Part shown: piece by piece, positions 38,905 through 51,863 of the stretch | Layout: every line of letters starts with the position of its first letter | Numbering within the stretch: the first letter of the stretch is position 1 | Assembly: GCA_000320545.1 (NCBI GenBank) | Contig: ADNK01001114.1 | Location: 2,029-66,028, forward strand | DNA length: 64,000 bases | Direction: 5' to 3' | From: Bigelowiella natans CCMP2755 | Lineage: Eukaryota > Protista > Cercozoa | Notes under the pieces: model-generated | Database searches by the model: none | What the model saw: the letters and a program-made list of their open reading frames with translations, nothing else | Told to the model about the DNA's origin: nothing | Program-made: the position numbers and the translations under genes

Positions 38905-40990
38905 ATGGATGACGAGGCCCCTAATGCTCCCCCGCAACTTAATGGTACTACGGATCATCTAAGCGATACCTGTGTGAAGCGATTTAAGCTTCATGACGTG
39001 TAAATCATCATAAGTGTCCGTCTCGAATTTCCAAGATTATTTGAAGAGGCCATCCCTATTCTGATGCAATGCTACTAACCAGCAATCGCTGAAACGCTCC
39101 AGAGTTTTTCACGTTTTCAGGGAGACGTAACAGTACATACAAAAAGAGAGTATGAAATGAATGAAATTGGATAACAGAGAGAAATTTCGAGAGGGGAGAT
39201 CAAATTGCACTGGGTTATTGAGTCACTGTATGCCCACAGCGACCCTGACGAAGACTGTTATCTCTGGAAAGCGCGCCAGACACCACTTGTTCCTGACTGG
39301 AATTCTCGCTATATTATGCCTCTTGGGTGTTTTTTTCCCATCCTCGGCCGAATTTTTTGCTCTGATCCCTGCCAAGTGAGTAATCCCCGAAGAAAGAACG
39401 TAACCAAAGTGTAAATTACAAGCTTCCCCGAGAGAGAAATGTTGCGAATACGACAAATTAATCATCACCACGCGGTCCTCGGGATTGGGTTGGTCCATAT
39501 TTTAGACCTTAAATAGGACACCAAAAGGGATATTAGAACCTAGGGAAGCCATGCTGAGTCATGTAGATCTTATTTGATTTTGTTTTGTTCAACAGTACGG
39601 CTATGGTCAAATTCCGATTCTGGAATCTACTCACCGCTGCATATTTCGAGAATTCGCTGTTTATGGTCTTTTGCTTATACACTGTGTTCGTACAAGCCAT
39701 GCCTTGAGAAGCTTGCTGATAATTCTTAGGGAGTTCTGAACACTGCCGTCGCCCTGCTGGTCGGACGGATGCTCGAGCGCAAGTGGGGCGTTGAGTTCCT
39801 AAAATTGATGGTTGGCAACTGGAATATCAACAAATTTTCGGAGATACTAACATTTTTCTGTCGCTAGGTTGCTGTGAATCTTACCACTATGATCATCGTT
39901 TTCATCATCATGATCGGATGCTATGCAACGACCATGAGCGATACGTTCCTGTAAGATCGGACTCAAAATTTATTGGAACGCCTTGACTGAAGTCCGTACG
40001 TTCTCCCAATATTTGTAGTTTCTCCCCTATCTGCGGGTTCTCAGCCGCAAACGCGGCTTTTGGAGTCGCCCTTAAGCAACTTGCTCCAAATCAAAAATGC
40101 GTTGCTTCGATAGAACAAGTCAAGTTCAAGGTCATGTTTATATTTTATTCCTGCTGTATTTTTCTCTCATTTTTCTCCATTTTTGTTCACCCTTCTTGTG
40201 CGTTTTAGGATATTCCAATTATTGTCATTGGCTGCTCACTTGGGTGTTATATGATCGGGCTGACGGAGTTCAAAGACTTGCTTCTAGTCATGTTCGGTAC
40301 CTATTTTGGGTGGTTATATTTAAGGTAACAAATAACAATTTTCGACAGAAAATAAGTAAGCTCAAAATTTTCGATAAGGTTTCATACAATGTACAAATTA
40401 ATTTTGAACTTAGGTACTTTATGTCGTATCCTGGTTCCAGTATAAAAGGCGATAATAGTGAGGAATTCGCTTTCAAGACATTATTTCCTGGATATACGCG
40501 GTAGAAATATCTGCGATAACATAAATTGGCGATATCTAAACTATCGGATGTAATTTTAGGCCTTTTGGTGCACTACTCGGCAACATATCTTTCGCATTAT
40601 GCGAAATGTGCGGTTTCTGTAAAGTCGTAGACACCCCTGATGTAGAGATGGGAGTGACGAATGTCAAGCCTTCAGTTTCCATTCCAGGTCGAAAGCAACT
40701 TTAGCTCCATCTATTTTCCTTAATAAATTATCATTGGACAGATGTTCCCCAAGCAACATCTGAAGCTGAAAGGCAGATGGCAGAGCGGAGAAGGTTCGAT
40801 AAAATTCCCTAGTCGTTTAGAACGTATAAGTTATTATTTCCTCCACAGGCAACTAGCATTCAAGGCAATTAATGAGCGTCTCGAGCAATTGAAGAAGCAG
40901 CAGGCTTCGAAAAAAGCTGCAGCTAGCACGAAAGAGGGGACGCAGAAAATAGCGGTAGCAGATCCTAAAACCAAGGCAGCAAAAGACTGA
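38905..40990 (+). CDS. TMEM115: Transmembrane protein 115 (DUF1751, rhomboid-like Golgi protein), multi-exon
   Basis: FWNLLTAAYFE; GRMLERKWG; ICGFSAANAAFGVALKQL; FGTYFGWLYLRYF; KGDNSEEFAFKTLFP; AERRRQLAFKAINERL. Confidence 0.92.
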
Positions 40991-41872
40991 AATCGTTCTT
41001 AGGCACAAAGTAGTCTGACACAAGAGAAGTTGGATATCAATACAAATGCTGTCGATAACACTTTAGAGCAAGCAGGATACGTGCCTGTCGCAGCAACAAC
41101 GCACCTCTGGCTGCACAACTATTGGGTTCATTGCATATGCTATGCTGAAGGCCAAGCCATGTCACTTTTATATGGGTGATGCATGATGATTCATGCATTG
41201 CGTCATAATTAATTGCAACGCAAGACCCTACATTGAATTGCATCGCATGCTCGCATAACTTGCGCTGGTATGCATTTCATTACCAACCCAATACACATGC
41301 AGCTTTGTGTGTCAGTGACTTTCAGTCCGCGCTGGCAATATTGTGGCATAATAGACACAGCAATACACTATATATATATATTGTGTATTGCATGTCTATC
41401 ATTGGCGGAATAGATGCGAGGACAATAAATTGCACGACATGCATGGTGCACACATGGAGCTAGCAGCTTGAGTGCACCGCGCTGCGAGCGATGTGGTGTG
41501 GCTACGTACACGCCACAGAAACACAAAGTCTGTGCAACTCGCAGGCTGCTGCTGACCGTCCTATACCTAGCGTTGCACATTATAGCCAAACAGTGCTACA
41601 TCCTTGCTTGCTAGCTTGGGGTCGAGTTGGCATTTCAGTGAATGCTCATCTACGCTGTTGAACTGCGCAGCTTCAATGATTTCAATGTCTAGCTTGCTAG
41701 ATGTTTCTGAGGCAGATCGCGATGCCTAAGAGCCATGCTCCGTAGATGCCTCGTGACGACTGTTCCGCCCGAATTTTGGTCCAACATGGTAGGGAAACGA
41801 ATTCAAGTAGGAAATCTCTGCTCAAGGCTTCCTGGTGTAATGGAGCAAAGGAGACTCGCCGTACGATTTAGG

Positions 41873-42833
41873 TCAAGATGATGTTTGAAGTTGGGGAGCG
41901 GGAACGGCCACTGGTACTTGAACATCTACAGGTTCAGCACCGGACGCAGATTCTGTTTCAGGCTCAGGTGCAACATCGATTTTGGTTTGTGTGTGCTCGA
42001 ATTTTGTCGCAGCTTTTGTCTCAGCAGATTTTAGCTCTGATATTGCGATCGGAATTGGCACATCTGGAACTGAAGGGACACTTGTTCCATTCGTTTCTTT
42101 GTGGGGTATGGCTTTGAGCAGCTTTTCAGGATTGCTAAATGTTGAAATGGGTAGCTGATGTCCTGATCCAACTCCTAGTGTAACCCCCACTTCGTTACTT
42201 TCGGGTTTGTTCTCATCTGGGTCGTGGTAATTCCCAGTTGCCACCCCAATGCTTAAGGGAATGGGCATTTCAATTAGGCCATTCTGCAAAGAGCTATCCA
42301 ACTCAGCCAATAGAGCAGCTTCTTCTGCCAACATGGCGGCCTCTTTTTTTTCGCGCATCTCCTGACGCCTCCGCTTCGCTTTGAAGAATTTCTCCGCCCG
42401 CGAGGGTGACTCCTCTGGAATTACCTGGGATGCTTCACGCTTCGACATTTGATTCCTAAAATAACCGTAATATTCGCTTGGTGTGAATTCAGACGATGCA
42501 AGCGATGCATGCGACTCTAGAAATATGTGCAATGGATAGTGGTAATGAGAGATCGGCTCGAAGATCATGCTCGTAGACACACCGTACAGCCTTCTGGCGA
42601 ATTGTTTGGGAACGCAGGGAAATCCGGCCGCTCATATTTTCGTAATAGCTCTCAGAAAACGGGAGCAAATATTTTCAAGCGAGCCAGAAAGAAAGAAAAA
42701 CAAAGCTTGCTACCTTGCGACTTCGCACAGGGCTCAGCTCTACTGGATTGCAGCAATGGAGCAGCTGTTTGAAGGGAGCCACCACCAGCTTGGCGAAGTT
42801 CGTATCTGTTCTACGTGTAACATTTCGGCCCAT
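41873..42833 (-). CDS. Hypothetical protein, ~3 exons; basic N-terminus, short coiled coil, acidic Pro-rich tail
   Basis: MGRNVTRRTDTNFAKLVVAPFK...SRK|SYYENMSGRISLRSQTIRQKAVR|NQMSKRE...KAKRRRQEMREKKEAAMLAEEAALLAELD joins in phase to the 41873 ORF. No family recognised. Confidence 0.6.
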
Positions 42834-43402
42834 ATTTTCCCCTGATCGACAACCAGATTTCAAAGTCGCACGGAACAACTTCAGGTCGTTTTTTCCAGAA
42901 AAGATCGGAGCTGATGTTTTCTCTCGAAAGAATATCTGTCCCATAATTTCCCCTGACTATTCGGCCAGTAGGAACGGAGAGATATGCATTCGCATGGGAG
43001 TTGGCTGCATGCGTTCACAGAGTTTTCTCGATACAACGAGCTTTATATAGATGTCGCCCGTATGAAAAATGGTTCTTCGCAATTGTGCTGGAATGCTTTT
43101 CATTTTGGGTTGACGACTGGGCAACTACCAACCACTTGAACCTGTGTGACCCCCAGGCAAGGCCTGCCTGGAATACTTTCTCTGGGGTTCCAATACGCTT
43201 GTTACTCAAATAAATAGGATCGGAAGCTGCACAATGCAGGGTATATAGGTACTATTGAATTCATACTGCATACTTTGATGTTTTGATGGTCTTTATTAAA
43301 ACCCTGCTTTCGGTAAATTGCACATCCGATTTGAAACTTCAAAACTCATGCCTTTCTATTTCGATGTCAGAAGGCCGGGAACCACAGTCGTAAGAGTATT
43401 CC

Positions 43403-44673
43403 ATGGCATCCTCAAACTCAAAAGGTGGTGGGTGGTTCTCATGGATGTCCTCTTCCAGAACTAAGAGCGGAGGGAGCAACCAGGACAAAAAGAAACTAGC
43501 GGCTGCACAGGCTGCCGCCAAGCAAAAGAAGAAGGACGGAGCGTCTCACAAATCAGTGTCCAATGGCAAAGGCCTACCAAAAGATGGGAGTGTAAGTAAA
43601 CCTGTAATGTCCAGGCAATCCTCATCAAGCAAAGGGGGGAACTGCATATTTTCGGAATTGGAGCTTGAAAAACTTCCTTTCTTTCAACGAAAAGCAGAGT
43701 TTCTTGCGGAGCTTTCTTCCTTACACCAAAAGTACGAGATTGCTCTTGAAAAGGTTTTGATGAATGAATTCTGAACGCCATCATAATGATCTTGAACGTG
43801 TAAGTTTTTGTCGTATAGGGTAGTTGTGGTTGGATGCCTGTCTAGCTGTACCGACCTGAATATATTGTCCATTTGGATTACTTTTCTAATATTATATATA
43901 TTATCTATTAGACTGAGACAAAGAAATGTGCAGAGATCCAACTAAAACTGGATACAATGAATCGAATCGTTGCGGACATGCAGCTCTGCCGGCAACCTCC
44001 AGATGCTGTCTTCAGTGATGAATACACGCTGTGGATGATGGACACACTGAGACAGACTTTAATTCCTACGGGCGGATACTTAACTCCGAACATATTTGTA
44101 CCGCTCTCTGTCTGGGAACAAGAAAATATGCGTATGGCAAGGTACCAACTCAAGATAAATACCTGCAATCAGCTTTTGAAAAATCTGATAGAGATTGAAG
44201 CTGAGATTCTCTTCAATAAAAAACCTGGAATCAGTATGATAAAAAACTTACAAAAGGATATGGTTTCCATGCGTGCTGCCCTTGCACTTCAACTCGCTGA
44301 GGTTAGTGCTACTCAAGAGGAGGTACTGGAACGAAAATCAAACACCCTCGGTAGTTTTGGAATGTCGATAGTGAAAGGCACAGCTCATCTAAGAAATATG
44401 GCTCTTCCCGCGAAGATATCGGTCGGGGAAAGTCAAACGTATACAACGCTTTTGGTAGCTATCTTCGAGAAGGCGAAATACCTCGCAGAAATGTACCAGA
44501 AAGGGCAGGAAGATAAATCAAACTCTGACACGAGTGAGGAAGATCCTAAAAAAGAAATGATTCCGTCCCTACTCTTATTTCTTCGGGAAGTTGTTTGCTG
44601 CTTCGCACTAACTGATCTGAAAAAATTAATATTGCAACACCAAGAGGCATGCGAAAGGTCCTTTCTTGAATAG
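43403..44673 (+). CDS. Uncharacterised helical protein resembling the C-terminal domain of fungal/amoebozoan MIT-domain-associated proteins; 2 exons
   Basis: A phase-0 intron (~43756-43910) joins two ORFs. The motif LWMMDTLRQTLIPTGGYLTPNIFVPLSVWEQENMRM...KINTCNQL matches a recalled conserved GGY(L/I)T..LFVP..VW family. Confidence 0.65.
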
Positions 44674-45494
44674 ATATCAAGATAGAACATACGATACATA
44701 CCATGTCATGCATTATTATATTGAATGCGTATGCCTATATGTAAATCGCTTCTAATGACTTAGTATGTCGCCGTATATTTGAGACGGATGTAATGTTGTG
44801 AAGTGAGTAAATGTTTTAAATAATGGTCATCCTATTGCAGCCGTGCAATGCAGCGGCTACAGCAGCGCTTAAGTTGTGTCTGTGTGTCTCTTCATGCATG
44901 CTATCACTCTATCATGTGTTTCATCATGCATTGCAATAATACATCAATCTAGCAATCTATAAATCTAGCAACGTGCAGTCCTGTCGTCGATGTCGCGCAT
45001 GTATGCTTTTGCGCCATCGCAATGTGCAAGCGCACTACTCCCCATGTAGTGATGGTATTCGGTACATATTACAAGCTGCTAGCGTATAGCGACAGCACGC
45101 ATTCATGCGCTACGATACGCTACTACGTACGTCGATAAATGCAGACTCTCTGAATGCTGTGACTGCATAGCTAAAGTGTCACAAATAGTCAATGTTCTTT
45201 TTATTTGCTATCACCGCAGCATTGTTCCCGCCCGCGCCTATATGGCGCCAGCTACGTTGCACAATGGTATATCAAAATCACATGTATGAAAGTTACTTCA
45301 CAATAGGAGAGAAGATTTTATTTCGTAGCTAGATTAGGGTGCACTAAATATATACTCAAATTCTAGCATGTATCTATATCTAATAATGGATACGATTGAA
45401 AGATACAAAATGCTGTCAAAACATGAGGGAAACTAGTTTGGGAGTTGCAGTGTCAACTCGTAGTTCTCAAGGCTTTAGATGCTCATCCCAAAGT

Positions 45495-46481
45495 TTAGTA
45501 GATCTTCCCAAGCTTGAACTTCGTCTTCTCGAATCTCATTGGCACAACTACCGAGAACATAGCCAAAACTCCGACAAAGATGAAGAAAATCAGCATCAAG
45601 GTAAAGAGAATCCCAATGAAAATTACTGGCGAGATGTATTGAATGAGGCCGGTTCCAGCTTCTCCCTCTGTAGTTGTGGAGGCAAGAGATTGAACGCGCA
45701 CCGAATGAAGGCTCGTTCTGGCAGCATGGTGGGAGAGTTTAGGTTTTGTAGTAGGGAACTCCATTTGCAGTGCGTTCGTGTCCTCGGCCGCAAACATGCA
45801 AGCATAATTATTGTTGGTCTTCTTGGCTATCATGCTGGCTATGCGTTCAAGGCAAACTTCATTTTGCTCTTGGCCTGCCTCAGTGAAAGTGACACTAATG
45901 AAGTCTGTACGTCCATTCGAGATCAAGTGGTGCTCTCCTTGGATCTTAGCAAGAACTGCATCACAACCTTTCTTTGAAGTATCAGTTTCCAGAATCACCC
46001 GCTGAGACTTCGGGGGGAGGTGGGGCGAGAACATGGACGAAAAAGACTGGTACTTGTGGTCAAGGGATACCCTTGGAAAGGATAAAGATGATGTAGACTC
46101 TTTTACAAGTTTTTTTAGTACAGAAGCCTTTGCACCGTAAAACCCAAAGAAAGAAGCTAAGTCATCATATGAAGCCTTTTCGAAGGTGAACGAAACGAAA
46201 ACTTCAGGGGTTTTCTCAGAAACCTCTTCAGGATGCAGCATTAGAGATTTAGACGTAGCTGTTAAGACATCGCGTGCGTATTCCTCCAATTTGTAGGCAT
46301 CTACAGGTGTGGTCAATGTCTCATGGCCACTAAATTGCTTTGTACCACTCCAGAAGACCGCCGGTGTGAATTTGGAAGGCAATGTGGAAGCAGCACTTTT
46401 TTGAAGTAGCGAGAGAGCCACAACAATGGTGAACAGGCAAGGAGAGGTAAAGGAGAAGCGCTGTTTGAGTGATGTCATCAT
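45495..46481 (-). CDS. V-ATPase accessory subunit Ac45/VOA1-like type I membrane protein; intronless
   Basis: Signal peptide (CLFTIVVALSLLQKSAA), then PAVFWS, and a C-terminal TM with tail YISPVIFIGILFTLMLIFFIFVGVLAMFSVVVPMRFE, typical of the Ac45-VOA1 TM region. Confidence 0.75.
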   Translation of the reverse strand: MMTSLKQRFSFTSPCLFTIVVALSLLQKSAASTLPSKFTPAVFWSGTKQFSGHETLTTPVDAYKLEEYARDVLTATSKSLMLHPEEVSEKTPEVFVSFTFEKASYDDLASFFGFYGAKASVLKKLVKESTSSLSFPRVSLDHKYQSFSSMFSPHLPPKSQRVILETDTSKKGCDAVLAKIQGEHHLISNGRTDFISVTFTEAGQEQNEVCLERIASMIAKKTNNNYACMFAAEDTNALQMEFPTTKPKLSHHAARTSLHSVRVQSLASTTTEGEAGTGLIQYISPVIFIGILFTLMLIFFIFVGVLAMFSVVVPMRFEKTKFKLGKIY

Positions 46482-47174
46482 GGGGGGCCCCGTTATGGAA
46501 ACAGCTAATCTGAATTAATTCTGAGGGCTAGCGCAACCCTCACGCAAATTTTTTAAGTCAATATTATTTAGATATATTCCGTTAAGATATTCAACTGTAA
46601 AAGGAGACAAAAAAGAACTTTAGTCCAGATTCTCGCGCCATCAAAAATGAAATAGTGAAGTTGCGAACTCCCAGAATATCTGAGAAAAACCTTCAAAGTA
46701 TCATTGAAGATGTTCTCATCAATCGCGAATATCTTCATGTCGCAGCATAGAATCACAGGTCAGTTACAAAAAACAATATTTTCAGATCAAGTGAATTTCT
46801 CCGATATTTTAAAATACTATGGGGAGAATGAATACTTATTTTTCTGATGTCGTTAATGAGAAAACAAAGACATTCGTTACTCTTATCTTTTTCACAGAAA
46901 GATAATATGATTAAAACGAGATGTTACTGCCTCGGATGCCCAAAAACTCACCCGAACAAACCAAGAAAGCACGAGGAATGGAGGATCACGGATCTCCAAG
47001 AACGGCCAGCCAGGGCGTAGAGTTGCATAACAGCTCGGGAAACCTGCTTTCAGGGCGACAGGTTGCACTACTCTAATGTGATAGACAACGAAACATGCGC
47101 ATTTCTTCCGCCCTGGCTGACTGACCGTTCTGCTGCAGAAATCTGGCCGATCTTCTGCTGGAACAGGTGGAAGG

Positions 47175-48256
47175 ATGTCAAGTGAAGGTACGACAGCGCT
47201 TCTACGGCCCAAGCATCGAAACGGAGAAAAAGTTGTACGATTTACCGAGCACTCGCAACCCCCCCCACAGGTATCGTGATCTGTAAAGGTAATGTTAATA
47301 CAACCTATAACATTATTTGTGTAGAGTTCTGCCGGTGATTTGGAGTCCGGCCTAGAAATGCATCGAGTAGTGCCGAAAGAGACAACAATGACAGAGCTTC
47401 CGACAAATCCAGCGGTGTATGAAACTAAGGGCGACGAAAAGAACAATTTGCACATTCCAAGGTTGCATACCAGGGAGGATGAGTTCAAAGGAGAGTCGTC
47501 TACCCCACAAAGAAAAGGAGGAACTAATATGTCTCCGAGCGTAAGTAAAACGATGAATTGCATCATCACATACACACTTTGAACCATTTGCAGCGTCACG
47601 AAATTACAACAGAGATATGATTGACTCAGGCGCGGTCTAAGTCCAAATCAGTAACTACGACGTTCTCCCGCAACCGGAAGTACACAACATGGGTAGCAGC
47701 AAAAATCTATACGTTTCGTAAAATTAATGGTGACGAATCCAAACGAAACTTCGGACGTACATACTCAGGTTGTTGAGCCCAAGTGTCCAAGCTGTGGCGA
47801 CTTATACGCGATCTTCCTCGTGTTTCTCCTCTCCCCCTTGATTCTTCTCGTATCAGTCATCATCTGGCTATTCGTCCAGCCTCCATATTTAATGCTTGGA
47901 CTTTACCGTTGCTGCCTACCCAAACCCTTATATAGAATCCAGCGGAGAACCTGCAGCTTTGCCCTGGCGAATGCTGCCGTTTGGGTCTGTTTCTCTATCA
48001 TATCGAAGGGGGAGGGGGGGGGAAGACATCAGCTTAAACACAGAAGAAAGGAGAGCAGACTATCTATCCCTTATGCATGCCATGATTATGTTGTACGTGT
48101 GTACTGACATCACATGGTGTTGGCGGTGCAGATTACATCGATTCCTCTCCGAATTGTCGCCGTCTTCTGGGTAGTAGGTTTCGACAACAAATAAGTTTAA
48201 AATATGATCCTCATGGAGTACAGTACCGCAACGTCGATATTTGTATTTATGTGTAC

Positions 48257-48298
<42 letters not shown>

Positions 48299-48962
48299 CA
48301 ACTGTCACACACCACATGCTATACTCTCAGGTCTACTTCGTCCGGGCTTTTACCCTGCTCCTCTCTCTCCCGCTAGGAATCCTCTGCTGGGGCCGGACAA
48401 ATACTTCCATGTCAACCATCGCGCCCTTTGTCTCCCGCCCCGGCCAGTACGAGAATGTAGGTTGAAGACGGAGTACATCGAATGAAGAGAAGAATGGAGA
48501 TAAATCCGACGGCACGCAAATGATCATAGTCGCTAGCTTTCTCCATTTATGCTTGCTTGCTAGTAATTGCTCATATACAAACGTCCGGCGATTTGTTTTT
48601 TAATTCCTCTCGAAAGGCTCATCCCCCGGCAGATGAATATGCGAAGAAGTCTGGGTATTTCTGGGACTTTTCGGACTTTACATGTGGCGCTATTGGGGCC
48701 ATGGATCGGCAAGGGTGGTTAAAGTGCTCGTAGTCGTGATATTAGTAGTAGTAGTATTGATAGTAGCAGAAGCAGTAGGAATAACCACAAAGGATGAGTA
48801 CTCTTTCCCTGTTATCACCCCACCCCCTGCCCACATCGTAGGTGGTGCGAATTCAACTTGGCGCTGACTCTCATGTTCACAATATCTCCCGTTATGAAGT
48901 CGATGATATTCCTTTGATTGTGTGGGCATTCGTGTATCATGTTTCTTACAGACGTATGCAAA

Positions 48963-49007
<45 letters not shown>

Positions 49008-49310
49008 TTGTGTCTGCTTAAATGTTGATATTCATACGTTATGAATGTATTGTCTCTTTTAGATCGATTTCTCGCCTTTCACCACTACCATCACCAACAC
49101 AGATACATTCTCTTCAACAACCCACGCACACATCGCCTCGAGACAGTCTTCCTTAATCAGTGGTCAAAACCGGTCAGTTGGCGTGACGAATGTGGATAGC
49201 AAAAATAAGAACAGTAGTAACAGCAAGAGCTGGCATCTCGGCTAAATTTGAGCGACCTTTGCTTTCATGCTATATACAACGCACGTGTTGGCGCCTCGAC
49301 AGCAGATCTT

Positions 49311-49353
<43 letters not shown>

Positions 49354-50178
49354 ATATGTATTGGATGTAATCAATGTTTCGCCAAAACTGCAATTTTACC
49401 CGTTCCCCATCATGCTTGTCATCATGCTTGTCATCATCATCATCATCATCATCACCATCATGATCGTTTCACCCACACGGTCCTTCTCCCACTGATTGTG
49501 TGCATGTTATTCTGCATCGGAACAGGTCGATGCTAACATCGATGGGGAGATCACCGAGACCGATGCAGATATCTTGAGGAAAAAGATGGTAAAGCAAGTA
49601 ACAAGGGCACGCCTACGGTATAATACTAATATTCGTCGCAGTCATCTTTGTAAATCGCGGAAAACACTGCATCGTCATCATCATCATCATCGTCATCGTC
49701 GTCGTCATCATCATCATTAGCACCATCTGATGAATGCCAATAGCCATCGTAAGTGTGCTTCATTCACTACTAACTAACGGGCCGTCGCCAGCGTGTAGAT
49801 CATGAATTTCCTTCTACTGCCATTGAAATTGTAGCTTGTCGGCCGTTTCTATCTCTTCTTCTCTGCGTTTTATTTGCTAATCAAGGTTCAAAGTTATTCC
49901 TACTCACTTTCAGCTTTCCTTTCCTCCCTCCTCCTCCTCCTCCTCCTCCTCCTCCTCCTCCTCCTCGAATAATCATCACCCAGCGATAAGAATCGTGACA
50001 TGACGGATGAATATTCTTTTTCCGCCTACTACCAGCTACCCCCCCCCGGGCGAGAGGTATTATTATCCGTTCTTTCCTTGATTCGCCGGTTGCTCTTCCG
50101 TCCCCCGCCCTCCCCCTTTTACGATGCCCTTTCATGATCAGCTAATGTCGGCACATCATCATCATCATCATCATCATT

Positions 50179-50212
<34 letters not shown>

Positions 50213-50377
50213 GTCGTAGAGCTTACTAGTAGCGGGGATCCAGTACTCAGAGGCAGCAATCACTAGCCTGATGACGCATAGCCTTCACTCGTATCTCATC
50301 AAAGGGTACAAACCTAAGAGCGACACGGCCTCATGGGGGTTCTTATCGGTAGTGATGAGTGAAAAATGTGTAGTATG

Positions 50378-50419
<42 letters not shown>

Positions 50420-50762
50420 TTTATGCATATTGCATATCACTTCATCCGGCCATTGCACGATATTTGATGGAGTGTTTTTGCAATAATGCTTGAAGGTGTA
50501 CCTTCAATACTGGAATCCTTACCACTGGTTCACAGGATATGTCGAAGTCAACTTGGTCGCGACATAATATCATGAGAGAAGAAGAAGAAGAAGAAGAAGA
50601 AGAAGAAGAAGACAACGACCACCCAGTGAAGGAGGAGGTTGAGGAGGAAGGGGGCTAGTGTCACTACGGGGGAATTAGAAGAGGAGAAAATAAAGATGGT
50701 GTCAATATAATCAGAATTAGATATTCAGCAAAGAGATAGTGAACCTAAGAGAGAGAGGGAGA

Positions 50763-50803
<41 letters not shown>

Positions 50804-51525
50804 AGAGAGGGAGAGGGAGAGATAGATAGACAGCAATCTGATGCTTCATGTTCCGTAATAGCGCAAGGACGGCGGGATTGAACATCCGATGTGGCTCGCA
50901 GCAGACAAGGTTCGGCGCGTGTGCCGATGCACGCACACGCGTTGTGATGGCTATACCGGCGGCAAACTACACCGCTATCATCAGAGACGAAATGAATTCA
51001 TTCAATATCTGTGCAACACATCGCCGATGAAAACGCGCATTTGCACGCACACAACAAGCACACCAGTAGCGTATGAAACAAAGGTATTCTTCGTCGTAGT
51101 GCTCTTGCTTTAAGTGATAAACGGCCTCTGTCGATTTCCTTTCTGATAGACATCATGGCTGCATACGCGGCAAGCCAACGGCGTTAATTCTCTTTTCGCA
51201 AGGCTGCTCGTCAAGGAAATGGTAGTAGATACTAGTAGTGATGGTAGTCGTATGTAGTAGTAGAGTAGTAAAAGTAAAGTAGTAGTCGTCGTGGTTTGTC
51301 CTCAGTAGATGCCCCAGCACAACTGCGATGTCGATGTTGATGACAAGGATGATGATGGTGATGGTAATGAGCAGAAGGATCATCATTATCATCGTCATCA
51401 TCATTTTACACATCATTGAATAACTCACCAGACAGGGTACTGGGCGCATCGGTCACAGACGATAATGATGCAGCTTCAGCAGGAAGGAGTGGTAAGTAGC
51501 AACATTATGGTTAACAGACATCTAG

Positions 51526-51567
<42 letters not shown>

Positions 51568-51863
51568 CTCGATCAGTGACTTTTACCTTTCTTTGAAGAT
51601 CGAGGCGAAGCTTCCAAAGCATAAGACAGCCTTCAGCCATAGCAACGGCATAGAGGTACTATTCGTGACGCGTATGTGCCTTGATTACGTGGCAGCTATA
51701 CCGTATTTCATCATCGACTATGCCGATTTTCTTTTCCCAATACATTGAGCCGAAGATGAAAATGAACACAAAACTAACCGCTTGTTGACCATCATAGATG
51801 CTACAGAAGCAGTCGAATAATGGCAAAAGGTCAAGCCTTCCCGTTCCACAAACAGCACCGTAG
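47175..51863 (+). CDS. Uncharacterised multi-pass membrane protein, ~18 exons, with an EF-hand-like loop
   Basis: In-phase exon chain: MSSEGTTALL...; hydrophobic AIFLVFLLSPLILLVSVIIWLFVQPP and IPLRIVAVFW|VYFVRAFTLLLSLPLG; WDFSDFTCGAIGAMDRQG; PVMKYILFNNP...FLNQWS; DANIDGEITETD; FSAYYQLPP; VYLQYWNPYHWFTGYVEVNL|RKDGGIEHPMW. The last exon is uncertain (stop at 51748 or 51863). Confidence 0.7.
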
